A DNA stretch of 53,665 nucleotides, counting the filler, from Catajapyx aquilonaris (taxonomy: Eukaryota), in NCBI GenBank assembly GCA_000934665.2. It is 2 parts of 2 records of this genome, joined end to end, with 100 filler letters (N's around TTAATTAATTAA, not from the genome) between each part and the next. Parts side by side here need not be neighbours in the genome. Positions count along the whole stretch, not along the records: positions 1 to 26,781 come from JYFJ02005155.1; positions 26,882 to 53,665 come from JYFJ02005156.1. One strand, 5' to 3'. The position numbers and the translations under genes were made by a program. Position 1 is the first letter of the stretch. Each line of letters starts with the position of its first letter. Shown in pieces: positions 14,726 to 27,970 of the stretch. The notes under the pieces are model-generated. The model saw only the letters and a list, made by a program, of their open reading frames with translations. It did no database searches and was not told where the DNA came from.

Positions 14726-14917
14726 TATTGGACTGTGTTATGCAATAATGAGTCAACCCAACAGTTTTGAGAAAAAATTGTTTTGAATGTCACCTGTGAA
14801 ATTAATTCAGTGTCCTTTTCGGTCATTTAGGGAAGAAGTATGCAGATTTCGCCAGGTTGATTTTAATTGAATGAAGTACGATACTTTTTGCACATTGTTG
14901 CATACCACCGTCCAATA
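14726..14917. mobile_element. MITE copy 1 (TIR ATTGGACNGTGTTATGCAATAATG)
   Basis: Inverted termini; the internal sequence is shared with 16146-16316. Confidence 0.7.
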
Positions 14918-16145
14918 TTAACATCTGTGCGTCTTGGGGTCGGCAGTAACTGTCACCAATGATTACACTATCACTGTATCGTATAATATTGGTGTTAATT
15001 TAAAGGGCAGGGTGTGACAACTGTTGTGAATTACAGTCGCTGAATCAATCTGTATATTTTAATAGGCAAGTGTTCATTGTCCGCGGTCCTATGCTAATGC
15101 CCGCCTTGCACATAATGTTCACCCTGCGTCTGACAGCCAAGTGAAACTCACGCTGTTACGGGCCTAAGTACGACTTTCATTTGCATGGTACTGTGTCACC
15201 GTCTGAGCGCACACGAAGTAATAGAGTTGAAATATGCAGGAGTGAAAATGTAGGTTGCCGAATTTTTTTTTTTCGCGGCATATTTTCTCTTAAACGCGCG
15301 GTTTAAATTCCCATACATTTTTTTTGTAGTAGTGCCACTCATGGGTGCGCCCCTGCAAAAGTATGAAGCAAGCGGAAAAGGCATCATGCTGCATGTCATT
15401 CCCCACACCCCCGTGAAAATTCGCAATGCATGGTACCCCGCACATCCTTTCTGCAAAACTCCACGTACACGCCATTATTTATGAAATTCCGGAGCCCGAG
15501 GTTACTGACTCGTTTTTTTTTGCCAAATTCAGTTTTTTTGGAGGTAGGGAGGTGTTTGTTGCGGGGGCGGGCAATTTAATTAAGCAGGCTTCAGTCAAGT
15601 TATAACAATGGGCATGGTGCAGGGTTGCGGCGGCGGAATCAGTTTATGCGGCTCATGAGTGTGGGCATTACATCATTTATGAAATCCGTACGCAGGTGCA
15701 TGTAGGGGTGGAAAAAAAACAGGAGTTTACTTAATTAAATTTTGCCCTATGAAATTCCGCAGTAATTATTATTGTTTTGATGGTTGAGTATAGCAAAGCG
15801 TGTATGGATTTTTGGTTGCCCCTGTTTTGATTAATGGTGTACCTTTCCAAGAATATTTCTGATGCTCGCAACAAACGGCTTGTAAGCCACGATGATTCTG
15901 CAGAGTCGCGTGGGAAACCACGACACCTTGTTCCCAAAGCGTGGTTTTTTCCGCCTCTTTCTATCTTCCTGCGGGAAAGTGTGACATTATGTCCGAAAAT
16001 ATGGCGGAGGTAAAAACCGCGACGCTACATGTTTTTCCCTCGGGATCAATAGTATAAAGACGAAAAATGCTAGGTACAAGTATACCCACCTGGCCACCTC
16101 ATTTTGTTCAATTTTGTTGCCTTTGCACAAAGTGCATCAACCCTA

Positions 16146-16316
16146 ATTGGATGGTGTTATGCAATAATGAGTCAACCCACATGAGACCAGTTTTGAGATA
16201 TTAATTCAGTGTCCTTTTCGGTCATATATGTCAGAAGTATGCAGGTTTCGCCAGCTTCATATTAACTGAATGAACATTTTTGTGGGTTGACACATTATTG
16301 CATAACACTGTCCAAT
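16146..16316. mobile_element. MITE copy 2 of the same family
   Basis: About 34-bp TIRs (ATTGGATGGTGTTATGCAATAATGAGTCAACCCAC / GTGGGTTGACACATTATTGCATAACACTGTCCAAT). Same orientation as copy 1. Confidence 0.75.
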
Positions 16317-19300
16317 TGTGTATGGGCGCTCTAAAAAAATCCATGTTTTCCCACTCGATGTGAGTGATTTTATACACCCTTTTGCCCACTTGACTCCCAC
16401 TCTTTTTGTGTATGAGTGGTGATTTTTTCACTCGAAATAGGCCTATAGTGGAACCGACTCGTTGAGGACATTTCAGCCAAATATTGCAGGGAACTGTTTG
16501 TCGTTATTTTCCCACCGCACCTTACAAACGATGAAAGACATGCTAATAAGCCTATGAGTACAAGTCATGTATGACAGAAAGAAACCTTGGTGACAATCCA
16601 GCCGTAAAACAGCTTTAGTGCCTTTTAAACTGCTTGGGCGGCCGATTATTCCGTCCGGGTAGGCAAGTCGATTGTTGCACATAATTTTCAAGTCTAGGGG
16701 AGGGGAGGGGAGGGGAGGTTACTTGTTAGACAAGAGGGGTCTCCAACCACCCTCATCACAGGCCCACAAATCTGTAGGGTACGACACGTTAATTAGCACG
16801 GGGGGTGAATGTGACGGAAATTGGTTCCATGCAGCACCGGGTTTTTTTTTTTTGGAGAGGGATAGCCCCGGGGCTAGTACTTCTGATAGGCGACTATCGC
16901 TGTCGGGGATGAGGGGGATAGGAAATCCAATAGACGCGGTAGGGTTGGGTGGATATGTGCTATCGGGCAGGGTGACAGTGGGTGTCTCCGCAGCTTGTAC
17001 GATAGCATTAAAAAACGCGGTTTTGAAAGGGAAAAATGTGCGGGTATGGATCAATCTATAGGCCAACTGATCTGGTTAATTCATACGTTGCCTGAGGCAT
17101 GTAAATTCAGAGTTTTCAAAGTTATAGGCAGAACAGAAATGCAAATTTTTTCACAGAATGTATTGGCACTGCACCATTTTTGTAGCTATAAACCGGTTAC
17201 ATATACACAAGGCGGAATGATTTTTTTAAACTGTTGATGTGAAACGCTTTAATCCACTCCAATTTTTAGTAATTTTCATCAGGAGATGAGTGATAACTAA
17301 CATCACTCGTACGAAGCAGTCACCCACGTATGAAAGCCCTAATGTTGAAAATCACTCACACTGAACAGAAAACTACTTCAAGACTCTAACCTCCAACCTG
17401 CATTGTTAACGTTACGCCACGTTTCAGCTGTAGTGCATTTTTCCTCATCTTTTATTACCAGAAGAGCCGTTTCATTGTTTGCAGCCTTCAAATGCAAAAA
17501 AGGAAGACATAAAACAGCCCCGTCTTGTGCAACGCCAATTAGCAGAGAATTTCTGATCACGTCAATAGAACTTTTCTTGCATAATCAGCCGGAGAAAACG
17601 CAATAAGCCATATTGTGCTTGTTGTTATTGTATACTAGTTCTTCCGGTTGTTTCGGCCTTGGTTGGAATGAGATTCCGGAAAAAAAACTGATGGTTACAT
17701 TTCCTCCGAGTTTTTAATAAATTGAATCAGTGGACATTGCTTCTAATAACATGAGATGAAAAAAAAAGGAAACGCAGCTCTATATAGGTTGGTCACACGT
17801 GTCAGAGCCAAGACTTCGGGGGGTAGTTGAATTTGAAAATGGATCCGGGCATGGCGTGCCAGCCTAGGTGATTTCCAGGTGCGTTAATTGCAGGCCGGCA
17901 CGAACCTTGGGTTCTTCATATTGGTAATTCAGAGTGGGGGAGGAAGCAAGGTGCAAGGGCAGATAAAAAGCAGCGGCACGTGCGGATCATTGAATCCCGC
18001 CGTTATTAAACATCGTTTGGTACAACAGCATTTCGCGTCTGTAACTTGGTTCAGGCAAAGTCGTCTCGTCAATAATTTTTTTTCTCTCTCTCTCTCTCCA
18101 CCTTCATAGTCGGCCTAGATACGTCTAAAGTGCTTTTATGATATAGGCCCCTGAGGGCGACGATCGATGTGCAGCAGCTCCTGCACTTTACTTGCTCAAA
18201 CTGTATACCAGGAAATGAGGGCGAAAAAGGGGACCAACAATGTGTATCAGTTAATTGGAGGAGGTTTCACGCGTTTGTTGACATTTCCAGCTATTGGGCC
18301 CCCCCTCTTTGTATAGTTCAGGGCGCGAAATACGAGTGTGGGCGACATTGAAAATCAATTAGTGCAGTTTGACACCGGGGTTTGTGTCACCCATCACCTA
18401 AACCAAAGCTGATGGTCCGCCAAAGTGCACAGACACATGAAACCCCCCCTGCCTTTTCAATGTCACACAACGGATTGATTGTCACAACTTTAGAATTGAC
18501 ATGTATAGCTAGCAGATATGTATATGTACATTTTGTTAACATACGGCTTCCTGGCAGGTATCTGCAGGAGTTATATCGAGGTTTTTGCATAATCGAATGA
18601 CGGCTTTTGTAAAGGAGCCCTGTGTCCACTCAGTGTCCAGCAGCAGGAAATTGAGAGACCAGGGGGATGAGCAGGTCCGATATTTTTCGTGGGGGGACTG
18701 GATAGTGGTGGGAGGGGGGCGGGATCCAGAAAATAGGAAACTGCGGCCTACATGAAAAGTGCATTACGCGTCTGTTGGGGAGCTTGATCGGAAATGGATC
18801 GTGACCGCTCCAAAAATTGACCGGTCTCTATTGGATAAACGGGGGAAACCGGTGGACATGACGACTTCTGAGTGGCTCCAGATATATAGGGGGGGAAAAT
18901 GTTGGGGAAGTTGAACACCATTTTGCACCAGTTTCTACCAGGAGCTGGTTGCATACCGGTCAGGGTACTTGGAGCTCATTATTTAGGTAACGAGGCTGCG
19001 GAGATGACATCAAGTGATCCTCTAGTCCACATGAGTTCACTCTAGAAGTTTACTGCACTAATTACGAACCACCCTACCTTTTTTTTCTTTTCTTTACCAA
19101 GACGTAGTTTGCGCAAAAGTCGGGCAGAACCGCGTCGCAGATGCAAATGAGTCTCATCATCGGTTTCGAGAGACGGAATCAATCGAAGTGGGGGGTTGAC
19201 TAGAGGGGGGGTTGATGGTAAATAGCATATATATTGGCAGGGGCCATGCGTGCTGTGGTGTGGCGTCAGAGATACGCCCCTTTTCGCATAGCTTTTGGAG

Positions 19301-20170
19301 AGAGAAGTTTTGTCAGTTATGTCAGAGGTCTGGTGGGGCCTAGACCGGCCACGAAGGATGTGGTGACGTCACTGGTGGAGGAAGTGCGGCCTACTCACTT
19401 CCTTAGCCTGGAAAAAGGAAGGGGGCTCTAGATAGAGAGAGACGGACACTACTTGTTGTGTGTTATATTCCTTAGGGGCTGTGTGCAAAAAAAAGTAATT
19501 CGTTGAAAAGTGATGTGATGTGAAGGGGGTGATGTGATGTTGAAGCACGCTTGGAAGAAAACAGAAGATGTGGGTGAGGTGGTTGTGGATGGTGACTACT
19601 GCTTCGTGACGGACACTATCAAGAGACGGGGCAATAAGCAGTCGTGGTTGGCCGAAGGGCAGACCAGGTCATGGCCAGGATCGCCTAGGAACTCGCAGGT
19701 CACTCATTGGTGGGGAAGTTGCCTTGAAATAATTGGCACATGTGTCAGCCAGTTTTTAACTCTAAAAAAGTCATAACTTGCTCTCGGAATCCGGAAGAAA
19801 ACGCTTAGAATTCCTCTGAAGAAAACGGCTGCGTTATGGCTCCAACTCTGGTTGTAAAATCGACTGTGTAACGGACCGGTAACTGCTGGGGAAATACCCA
19901 GATGGGGGGAGATTGTGATTTAGTAACAAGCACCCCCAAATGACAAACTGGCGAGCAATTATGCTTCCTGCCATTTCATAAGTGCGAAATCCGCCGGTTA
20001 TCTTCCCACCAGATTTTGCCTCATCGATTTTATAGTCAACCGTTAGTCACCTGGTTGAGTATATTCTGCTGATAATAATAGACCAAAATCCAAGTGTCGT
20101 TCGGATTGAATTAAACAGGGAGGGTTTATTACTCGTCGCCGGTTCATGTTTCAATATCTTTTATTACCTA

Positions 20171-20246
20171 ATATGTAGTGCGTAGTACACAAGGCAGAGG
20201 AATCAACCTGATGATTCCCCTGCCTTGTGTACTACGCACTATATAT
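20171..20246. repeat. 76-nt near-perfect hairpin
   Basis: 35-nt arms ATATGTAGTGCGTAGTACACAAGGCAGAGGAATCA / TGATTCCCCTGCCTTGTGTACTACGCACTATATAT with a 6-nt loop. Confidence 0.85.
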
Positions 20247-20726
20247 GATTTTTGTGTATGTTAGCGACTATCATCGCGATTCGTGTTTTGATTTTATGTA
20301 GTTCACAATGATATTCACGTGTTCTTGAACCAACCGGGTGTTAATTAGTCACCAAAAACTTTTATCGAAGAAGCAAACAGGTTGTTTGTCACTTGCGGTT
20401 TTTTTTCGTGTGTGTGTGACGCGCGCTTTCGAAACCGCCTATCTTTTCACGTTTAATTATATCATCGGGTTAAGGGTAAAAAAAAGTGAGGCATTAGGGC
20501 GTGAATGTTGAGCTCACAATGGCGTCGAAAAGCGGATTAGTTAGAGCGTAGGTGTTAAAATATTGGAGGTTCACTCCCACCCACCAGCTCCAGCTCCTGT
20601 TTGGTTAACGGTGGGAAAATGTCATATGTCACGTTGGATACTCGCCGAGCTTCAATGAAGGTTTTAAAGTTGTGACGTCATGATGGCAGTAAATCATTTG
20701 AGGTTTTCTCTTTTTTTGTGTTGCAG

Positions 20727-20870
20727 ATCGACTACCCGGACGTGGCCGTCGGGAGGTCGACCCCTCCTAGGCCGTCGGTGGTGTCGTCCATGAGTCTGGA
20801 GAAGGGGCTGGAAGGGCATCTGCCTCTCAGGCCCAGGCTCTACACATCTGATGCGCACCTGCTGGACCAG
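20727..20870 (+). CDS. RAPGEF2: Rap GEF exon (IDYPDV...DAHLLDQ)
   Basis: TTGCAG acceptor and CAG|GTCAGT donor, 144 nt, phase 0/0. Continues EPSEMIV-IDYPDV. Confidence 0.85.
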
Positions 20871-21825
20871 GTCAGTACTACCAATATTTTGGTTACGTGA
20901 ATAACACCTGTTCCGCTCAGTGCATTTTAGCACGTCATTTTTTGCGCGCTTCAAGTATGCCATTCACGAAGAAATCTGATAGCGATACAAACATCTGCGA
21001 ATTGTGGTTTCGCAATGTCAAAGAACTCCAGGTCACAAAAGGTGACGCATTACACGGTGACTCACTCAACCTTGAGGTGTCTGCTCGCAACACTTGCTAT
21101 GTGAACCGAAACATTCATCTTGTATGCCCAACTGTATATACGAAGACTCCGAGCCTAAACGACGCAGGTTTTATTTTTTTGTGCTGGACGTCGTTGTCGT
21201 GGCGACGCTCTCTCTGGAAGCGTGACCACCTGCTGCATCCTTGGGTAATGCCCGGTTTATCCCCAGGGGGTTCACCTCTAATTACTGCTTCTGCTCCCGG
21301 ACTGTCAGATGCACTCGCCAACACCTAACGCAATTTTCGGTCCTGGAGCAGCAGGCCAGGTGTACAGCCTGTACAGTACAGGGTGGCACACTAAGTCTGA
21401 AATGTCTCTAAAAGTTCCTAATAATTTTTGGTGCATCACCCTGTGACTCCCAGACCAGAGCACCTGAGACATACCTCAAAAGGACCTGCGATTCATTATC
21501 CGCCATCTCCCCCCCTCTCCTTGGGAACCTTTTCATTACAAGGGTGGAGGGGGCCAGGGCCTTAATTTGGCTCTAAGCTGCCTCAGACTTCAATGTAGTT
21601 CATTAGCGGTGCTCCTCATTGAAGTTCAGGTAGACGAAGAAGAAAAAAATGTTGGTGACAGTGCAAGTCCCCTCAACTTGTACAGACCAGAAAATTAGTA
21701 GCCTAGGGAGACAAACTTTCAAGCTTATGCAGGGAAATCATATATAGAATTGGCTATGCGTGACTTTGTCCCTATACACGCGGTGACTCATCACCAACGT
21801 GCATGTAGTTACCACTTTCGCTGTG

Positions 21826-22091
21826 GAGTGGCAGTAGTGTACAGAGAGGATGCGCGCCATCTGGTTGTGGCATACATAATACGTCCAAATTTGATGCGGG
21901 CTGGGCAATGTTGCCAAATTTTGGCAATGGGTTTACTTAGTACTTAAATATTTCATGAAAATTTTGTAAAACCTATAAACCAGCATGGCAATAATCAAAC
22001 AACTGTAACGAGATGGCCCGTCGATTTACCACGTAGTACTATTCCTAACGCACAGATGGCGCATACTCCCTCTGCACACTCCTGCCACACT
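21826..22091. mobile_element. Degenerate MITE-like inverted repeat
   Basis: GAGTGGCAGTAGTGTACAGAGAGGATGCGCGCCATCTG pairs imperfectly with CAGATGGCGCATACTCCCTCTGCACACTCCTGCCACACTC. Confidence 0.5.
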
Positions 22092-23040
22092 CAGATCATG
22101 CGAGAGATAGTGGTACTATCAGATCGGACAAATATTCGACGGAGAGAATAAGTCGATGAGGTTACATGTCATGAAAACCGCAAAATGTAGTTTCATCAAC
22201 CGAAAAGCGAATAATCCTCCCAATTTTCTTGGCTGGCCCGAGCGGACATATTCCCTTCTCCTGGAAAGTAATTCGAGGAGCAAACAAAAGCAAGAGCAAT
22301 TCGCGTTAAAGGCTCTTGGGGGTCTCCCTTTCCCCCCACCACCGCACCGTCTCCATGGAGATCCCTTCTCTTGCTAAGACCACCACCGGAGGGGGACTCG
22401 AGGAGAAGGTAAAAACTTTTTTAGGCAACAAAGTCAGGTTCTGGCAAAGAGGAAAATGTTACATAATATTCTGGAAAATGCCAGCCCCCATTCATAGCGT
22501 GACACCTGTTGGAATTTAAAAGGTCAAACGGTTGGGCAAGTGCGCGGGTGAAATTAGTTTAGCCCCAACTATATACAAGGGAAGCTCTATACATAATTCA
22601 TAGACTCATAGAGAGAGAGGGCTTCCTTATTGGATTCTGTAGCAAAAGGCTCATTTTTTTGGGAGGGAAGGAAGGTGGGCAGGTTTTCGAGGCTAGGAGA
22701 ATGTCAAGGTTGGAAGATTGATGGTCCGGGGGCCTGCCTAATTTTTGCTCTACTATCTCCATCGAATGGGACTCGTCACTCGTGGGAGGATGGGGTGGGG
22801 AGGGGGGGAAAAATGCAGCGTTTATTGGAAATGGTGCAGGGTTGCGGTTATGACTCATTTTTTTCTGCATAATTACGATTGCGGTTTGGGCAGCTAATAA
22901 TAAAAATGTAAGATCTATTCTAGGAGGTTGATAACCTGCTTTCCTCCGAAATAGTTGACGATTCCTTGAACTTTGTGAGGAAAGTAGGTTAGGGGGATTT
23001 ATTCATGCTTGATCAACTTGTCATTAATGGACACAATATA

Positions 23041-23406
23041 TCTCTTTAAAAAAAAAATCGAATGAAAATTTCACACAAAAAACGAGCAATTTCCGCAAAA
23101 TTCGCGTTTAGAGTGAATTTCGCTCCAAAAATAGTTAAACTTTAACTCAAATCGAAATCGAAAGAAGAGTGAAAATGATTGGAAACCTATACTGAAAAAA
23201 ACCAATTTGAGTAGTTTTTCTCTCGAATATGAGTCGTCACTTCGCTCAAATTGAGCGGAAAAGCCACTCCATTTGACAGTTTGAGTGAAAATATGTCACT
23301 GAAGTGATCGAATAATTTCCACTCAAATAGAGTGGGTGTCAAATCAAGTAGAATGAGGTAAAATCACTCAAATCGAGTGGAAAACACTCAAATTTTTTTT
23401 AGAGTG
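23041..23406. mobile_element. Degenerate CACTA/EnSpm-like non-autonomous element(s)
   Basis: Right end TTTTTTAGAGTG-TA, with many subterminal ACTCAAAT/TTTGAGT motifs in both orientations. Confidence 0.45.
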
Positions 23407-23809
23407 TAGAAATAATTTGAACCCATTCAAATCCTCATTGGGACAAAAAAAAGCCAACTTTTTTTTGGAGGGGACAAAAAAATGTGGCTAGGCCGATTAT
23501 GTTATTTCAGGAAATGTGAGGCTTATAGTGGAACAGGATTTGACAAGCGAATGCACCTAACACAACAGGTTCTGTCCGTCCCCCCCAAAATGACACGAGC
23601 CCTTCACAACAATTGCGCTCCAATCAACCCCTTCCCCCTATAGTCATTGTGTACACATTGAATGGCCAAATATTGCACCGTAACTGCATCATCGATTTTG
23701 TAAGCCTAGGGGGGGCTGCATTATTTGGCGATTAGCAGCTACAGTGTACTCAAAAAAAGAGTGATGTCCTAGACTCATGTTGTCTGGTTTTTTTCCCCTC
23801 TCTCTCTAG

Positions 23810-24034
23810 TACCCTCCGGACCTGCCCCCAGTGCACAATGTACTGTCCAGGCATGAGCTGTACACCAAGTCCAACCGGAGCTCGCACAGTTCGGACACCA
23901 GTTCTGCCTACAGCGGTTCGGACACCATGCAGAGTGTCCAGAGCTCGGTGGAAGCGGATGAGCTGGACTTCTCCGGACTGGTCGAGTCAGTTGTGGACTC
24001 GGATGAGGAGGAAGACCTGGCCGAGAGCATCGAT
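23810..24034 (+). CDS. RAPGEF2: Rap GEF exon, Ser/acidic linker
   Basis: CTCTAG acceptor and GAT|GTAAGT donor, 225 nt. Contains SSHSSDTSSAYSGSDTM and DFSGLVESVVDSDEEED, typical of PDZ-GEF. Confidence 0.92.
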
Positions 24035-24940
24035 GTAAGTTTTTCTCATTGTTACACAGAGAGCACATAGTTATTTACCCCAGCAACCAGTTTGAATTTG
24101 GTCAAGTGTCATATTTATAAAGAAGAGTAAATGAGATATGACTTTTTCTGTAATCAGAGAGACACTTGTTGATGTCTTATTTTGTATGCAAATTTGACCT
24201 GCTTGTAGTGCCTCCAGTAACTGGCTGAAATTAATTTGCTTGCATGTGTTTATATTTAATTAAAGAATAAATTAAATTACGCTGGCAATTGTCCAAGGTG
24301 AACACCAACACGGATGCGTGAACTGTGATGTCAGTTTGTATCATGTTTGCGACTGCAGTAATGGCGCTGACAGCATGGAATACTGAATGGAAGCTTCTGC
24401 GTCATAACCTAATCGCATGTGTTTTACTTTCAGAACTTATTAAAACAGTGTGAACTGTTGAAATCTTTTAAATTATTGCACATGGTTTGTTATGCAAAAG
24501 CAGCATTTAGCAGCTCACTAGTTTTATTTGCAATTGGTGCTTCGTACCGATTGAAATTATTACATGTGCGTAACTTCAAGGCAGTAGTTAAGATTCATAA
24601 TCCAATGTATCCAGCTATCACAATATATCTATGATAGATCCAAGTTAATAATAAGCGGACAGGGGGTTGACACCTGCCTATCACTGCATGTAATCCCTAC
24701 TTGAACAATGACGTGTTGTGAGATTACATTGCCACATTTGCTTGGAAATTTCCTGCATGATTTAAATGTTGTTTTTTTTTTGGGCTGATGCAAATCTACA
24801 TTTGAAACACTTGAGGCGCCACCAATCAAGACAGCGTGACACTTCCTAAATATGCGCAACTCCCTAGAAAAGTGTCGTTTTGCTCTGAAAGTGTCGAGCT
24901 TTTCAAAAGCAAAATTTTTATTGCGTGCCATGCTTTTCAG

Positions 24941-25096
24941 AGCCTGACAGTGCGGGACACTGTGAGGGAATGCCTGGAGAAGGATCCGTCGGACCGTACA
25001 GAGGAGGACATTGAGACTCTGCTCGAGTTCACCCAGCACCTAAAAGCCTTCAACAACATGACCTTAGCAGTCAGGAGAGCACTCTGCAGCGTTATG
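24941..25096 (+). CDS. RAPGEF2: Rap GEF exon leading into the second cNMP-binding domain
   Basis: TTTCAG acceptor and ATG|GTGCGT donor, 156 nt. Encodes [52 protein letters not shown], a RAPGEF2/6 signature. Confidence 0.95.
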
Positions 25097-26781
25097 GTGC
25101 GTCTCCGCCCTTTTTATTTTCCTCTCTCAACAACCCCCCACCCATTTTTTAAATCCTCCCACCTTAATTGAATTTCACTTTGAGGGTGGGGAAAGGGTGG
25201 TCGAATTGGAATTAGGGCCAACTGACACTTTAAAAAAAAGAAGAAGAGGGATGGGGGTGGGGGTCGCAGGAAATTAGATTAAGACTCCCGGGCATTGTGA
25301 AGACGATTTCGGTGCTTAAGGCACCAGGCACTGGGAGGTACTTTGAATAATCACATAAAGATGGTTCTTTTTTTCTCTCTCTCTCTTTCCAAGGGAGTCG
25401 TTAAACAAGTGAACTCCATCCCTTAAGCGGAACTCTGCTTTTTTGTAACTGCGTTTCATAAAGTGTCGAGACTACAATTTTACCATGTGACACTAATTAC
25501 TGTACTAGTTTTGAAAGGATTTGTTCAGCGTTGCTTTGTTGAAGAGCCGATATTCTGAATACAAGCTAACGTTCTGAACATATTCTAGGAAAATAAAATG
25601 CTTAACATGCGCTGAGACAATTAATATTCTGAATACATGCGAAGAAAATTAATATCCTGATTGTTGCCCATCCGGATAAAATAAATATCAGCGCAAGTTG
25701 ACTCATTTCAGACAATATGTAGACAACATGTAAATAACTATTGATCTGTTGAACTTCGGTGTTAGTAAACATGCCATGTACTCATGCAGGCAGAAAGTTA
25801 CAAGTGCACTTCCTGGAGTGAACTTGAATGTTCAGCAGTTGTTCGCATGTAAACACAGATGTGAACACAAGCATGCCCAGGAGCCAAGTTGTTGTGTCAG
25901 CGAATGCGATTACTCTCAGACAGTTGTTGACCCATGAGAACTGGTTTGTTGTTTTTTTTTTGCTTCAATTAAATTCCAATTTGACCCTCCCTTTCCCCCA
26001 TTTTGCCGCCAAGTGACTTTTATTGCTGCATTCTTGCAGAGAGTGGTATCCTTGATAACAAGGGCACCTTATGCATTAGCCTGTTTGTTATCTGAGGCGT
26101 TGCAAGGAACATTGGACTGCACCTCTACTTTTGTGATAATTTTTATGCCTGGGTTTTACAGTTGCCGCAATTTTACAGTTACCCTCATATTGCTGTGTCC
26201 CAATCACTTGCGCATGGTTGTACAGGTGACGTTCAAACGCTGGGTTGCGTTAAGCAAACAACAGGATTTACATTCATTGCAATGCAGATAAAGTGGGATT
26301 TAAATACATTTTGGTGCTGTTAATTAAGTTGAGAGCACAAAATAAATTTCCGTAAATGAATATGTTTGCAGCGTGACACACATTTCTGATATGTACGGTA
26401 CAGAAATTCAGGATTATGGTGTAAGCAGTAGCATGTGAAATGTGTTGGCAGACTCGAATGTATCTCGTATCATTTTACTTAAATTTGTAATTGCCTGTAA
26501 TAATGTTCACATTCCGATTTTTGCTTTTAGGCTACCTTTACATGTGGGCGATTCGCTCAGCAATGATCGTCGCTGAGCAATGAAACCTATTGTTCAGGCC
26601 GAAAGTAGGGCTGATTGTTACTTTCGCCCCAAACAATTGGTTATAGCTCAGCGATGAGCATTGCTGAGTGAGTCGGTCGCATGTCAATGTACGAGGTAGG
26701 CGCCAAAAGTTTCCGTCCTGGCTATGTTCCAGGGGTGATAGAAATGAAACAACTATAGTGTCAGGTAGTCCCAACCATGAG

Positions 26782-26881
26782 NNNNNNNNNNNNNNNNNNN
26801 NNNNNNNNNNNNNNNNNNNNNNNNNTTAATTAATTAANNNNNNNNNNNNNNNNNNNNNNNNNNNNNNNNNNNNNNNNNNNN
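26782..26881. other. Artificial assembly spacer (N44 + TTAATTAATTAA + N44)
   Basis: Exactly 100 nt, symmetric, with a central linker giving stops in all six frames. Confidence 0.95.
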
Positions 26882-27261
26882 CCCCCCCCCGCTAATAAAT
26901 TTCCTGCGGGCGCCCATGATTGCTACATGCTAGTGAATGTAAATAACCCTGACAAGCTGGCTCCTTATGAACATTAAGACTAAATGGACTTCACCAGGCG
27001 ATACAGCAAAAATAAAAAAATAAAAAAATAAAGAATAAAAAAACTACTACTACGACTTAGTAGTGTAAATAACTCAAAACCGCCAAAATTTGACTTCGTG
27101 GATTTTTCCTGTAGGCCAGCAATATTTTTTAAGATGAGAAATAGGAGAGTCACCTAAGTGGAATTGGCTATGACTTGAATACTATTTTCCCAAAATGAAA
27201 ATTCTAATAGGCACTAAATCCTTAGACATTTTATTTTGTATATCCAGAGGAATATACAGTA

Positions 27262-27860
27262 CAGTAAAACTTCTATATAAAGTCGAATCTCCATGGGACC
27301 GGGATAAAACTTCGAGTTATAGAAGATTTGAGTTAGAGAAGTTTGAAATTTTTTAAGCTCATAACTCTATAAGGAAACCTACCTTTATATCCAGCGACGA
27401 AAGGTGTTCATAACTTGAAAATAACTCACTATCACACTTACAATGTTCCTCATTGTTTTGTTGTGAAAAAATCTCAGTTATGGACATTTGCCTACTCTTA
27501 GACTCAAGGATCCAATTGTCACAATCGAGTGAAACACTTCTTTCGGTACGTCTGGTAGACGGAGATCAGGAAATTGAGCCTTTCTGTACATGTAGCCTAC
27601 TCTCGACCCTTCGGCTGGGAAATGAGAAAATTCTCGGTACTCGCCAACATGAACTTCGACTTAGGGAGAGTGAAAATGCATGATATCCCGTCGCAAGGCC
27701 CTGCCTGCACTTTGAGTTATGGAGATCTTCGAGTTGTAGAAATTCGAGTTAGGGAAGTTTATTTCCTATTCTTTTACATTGTGACCAACCGAGCTCATCA
27801 TTTTCTTCAACTTATAGAGAACTTCGACTTAGGGAAGTTCGACTTATAGCAGTTTTACTG
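27262..27860. mobile_element. pogo/Tigger-like MITE
   Basis: TA-CAGTAAAACTTCTATATAAAGTCGAA ... TTCGACTTATAGCAGTTTTACTG, with repeated TTCGACTTA/TTCGAGTTA subterminal motifs. Confidence 0.75.
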
Positions 27861-27970
27861 TTTTTTAAAGAATTTTTCACCCATGTGCTGTATCCAAGAA
27901 AGTAAGCATGTGCATTTGACTGGCATTACCCCACCCACGTGGTAATATCAGTCAAGGATATTGCAATGTA

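Noticed and set aside
3300..20000. Many short six-frame ORFs in the Rap GEF introns
   Set aside because: They are low-complexity or homopolymer-derived translations without domains or coherent splice sites.
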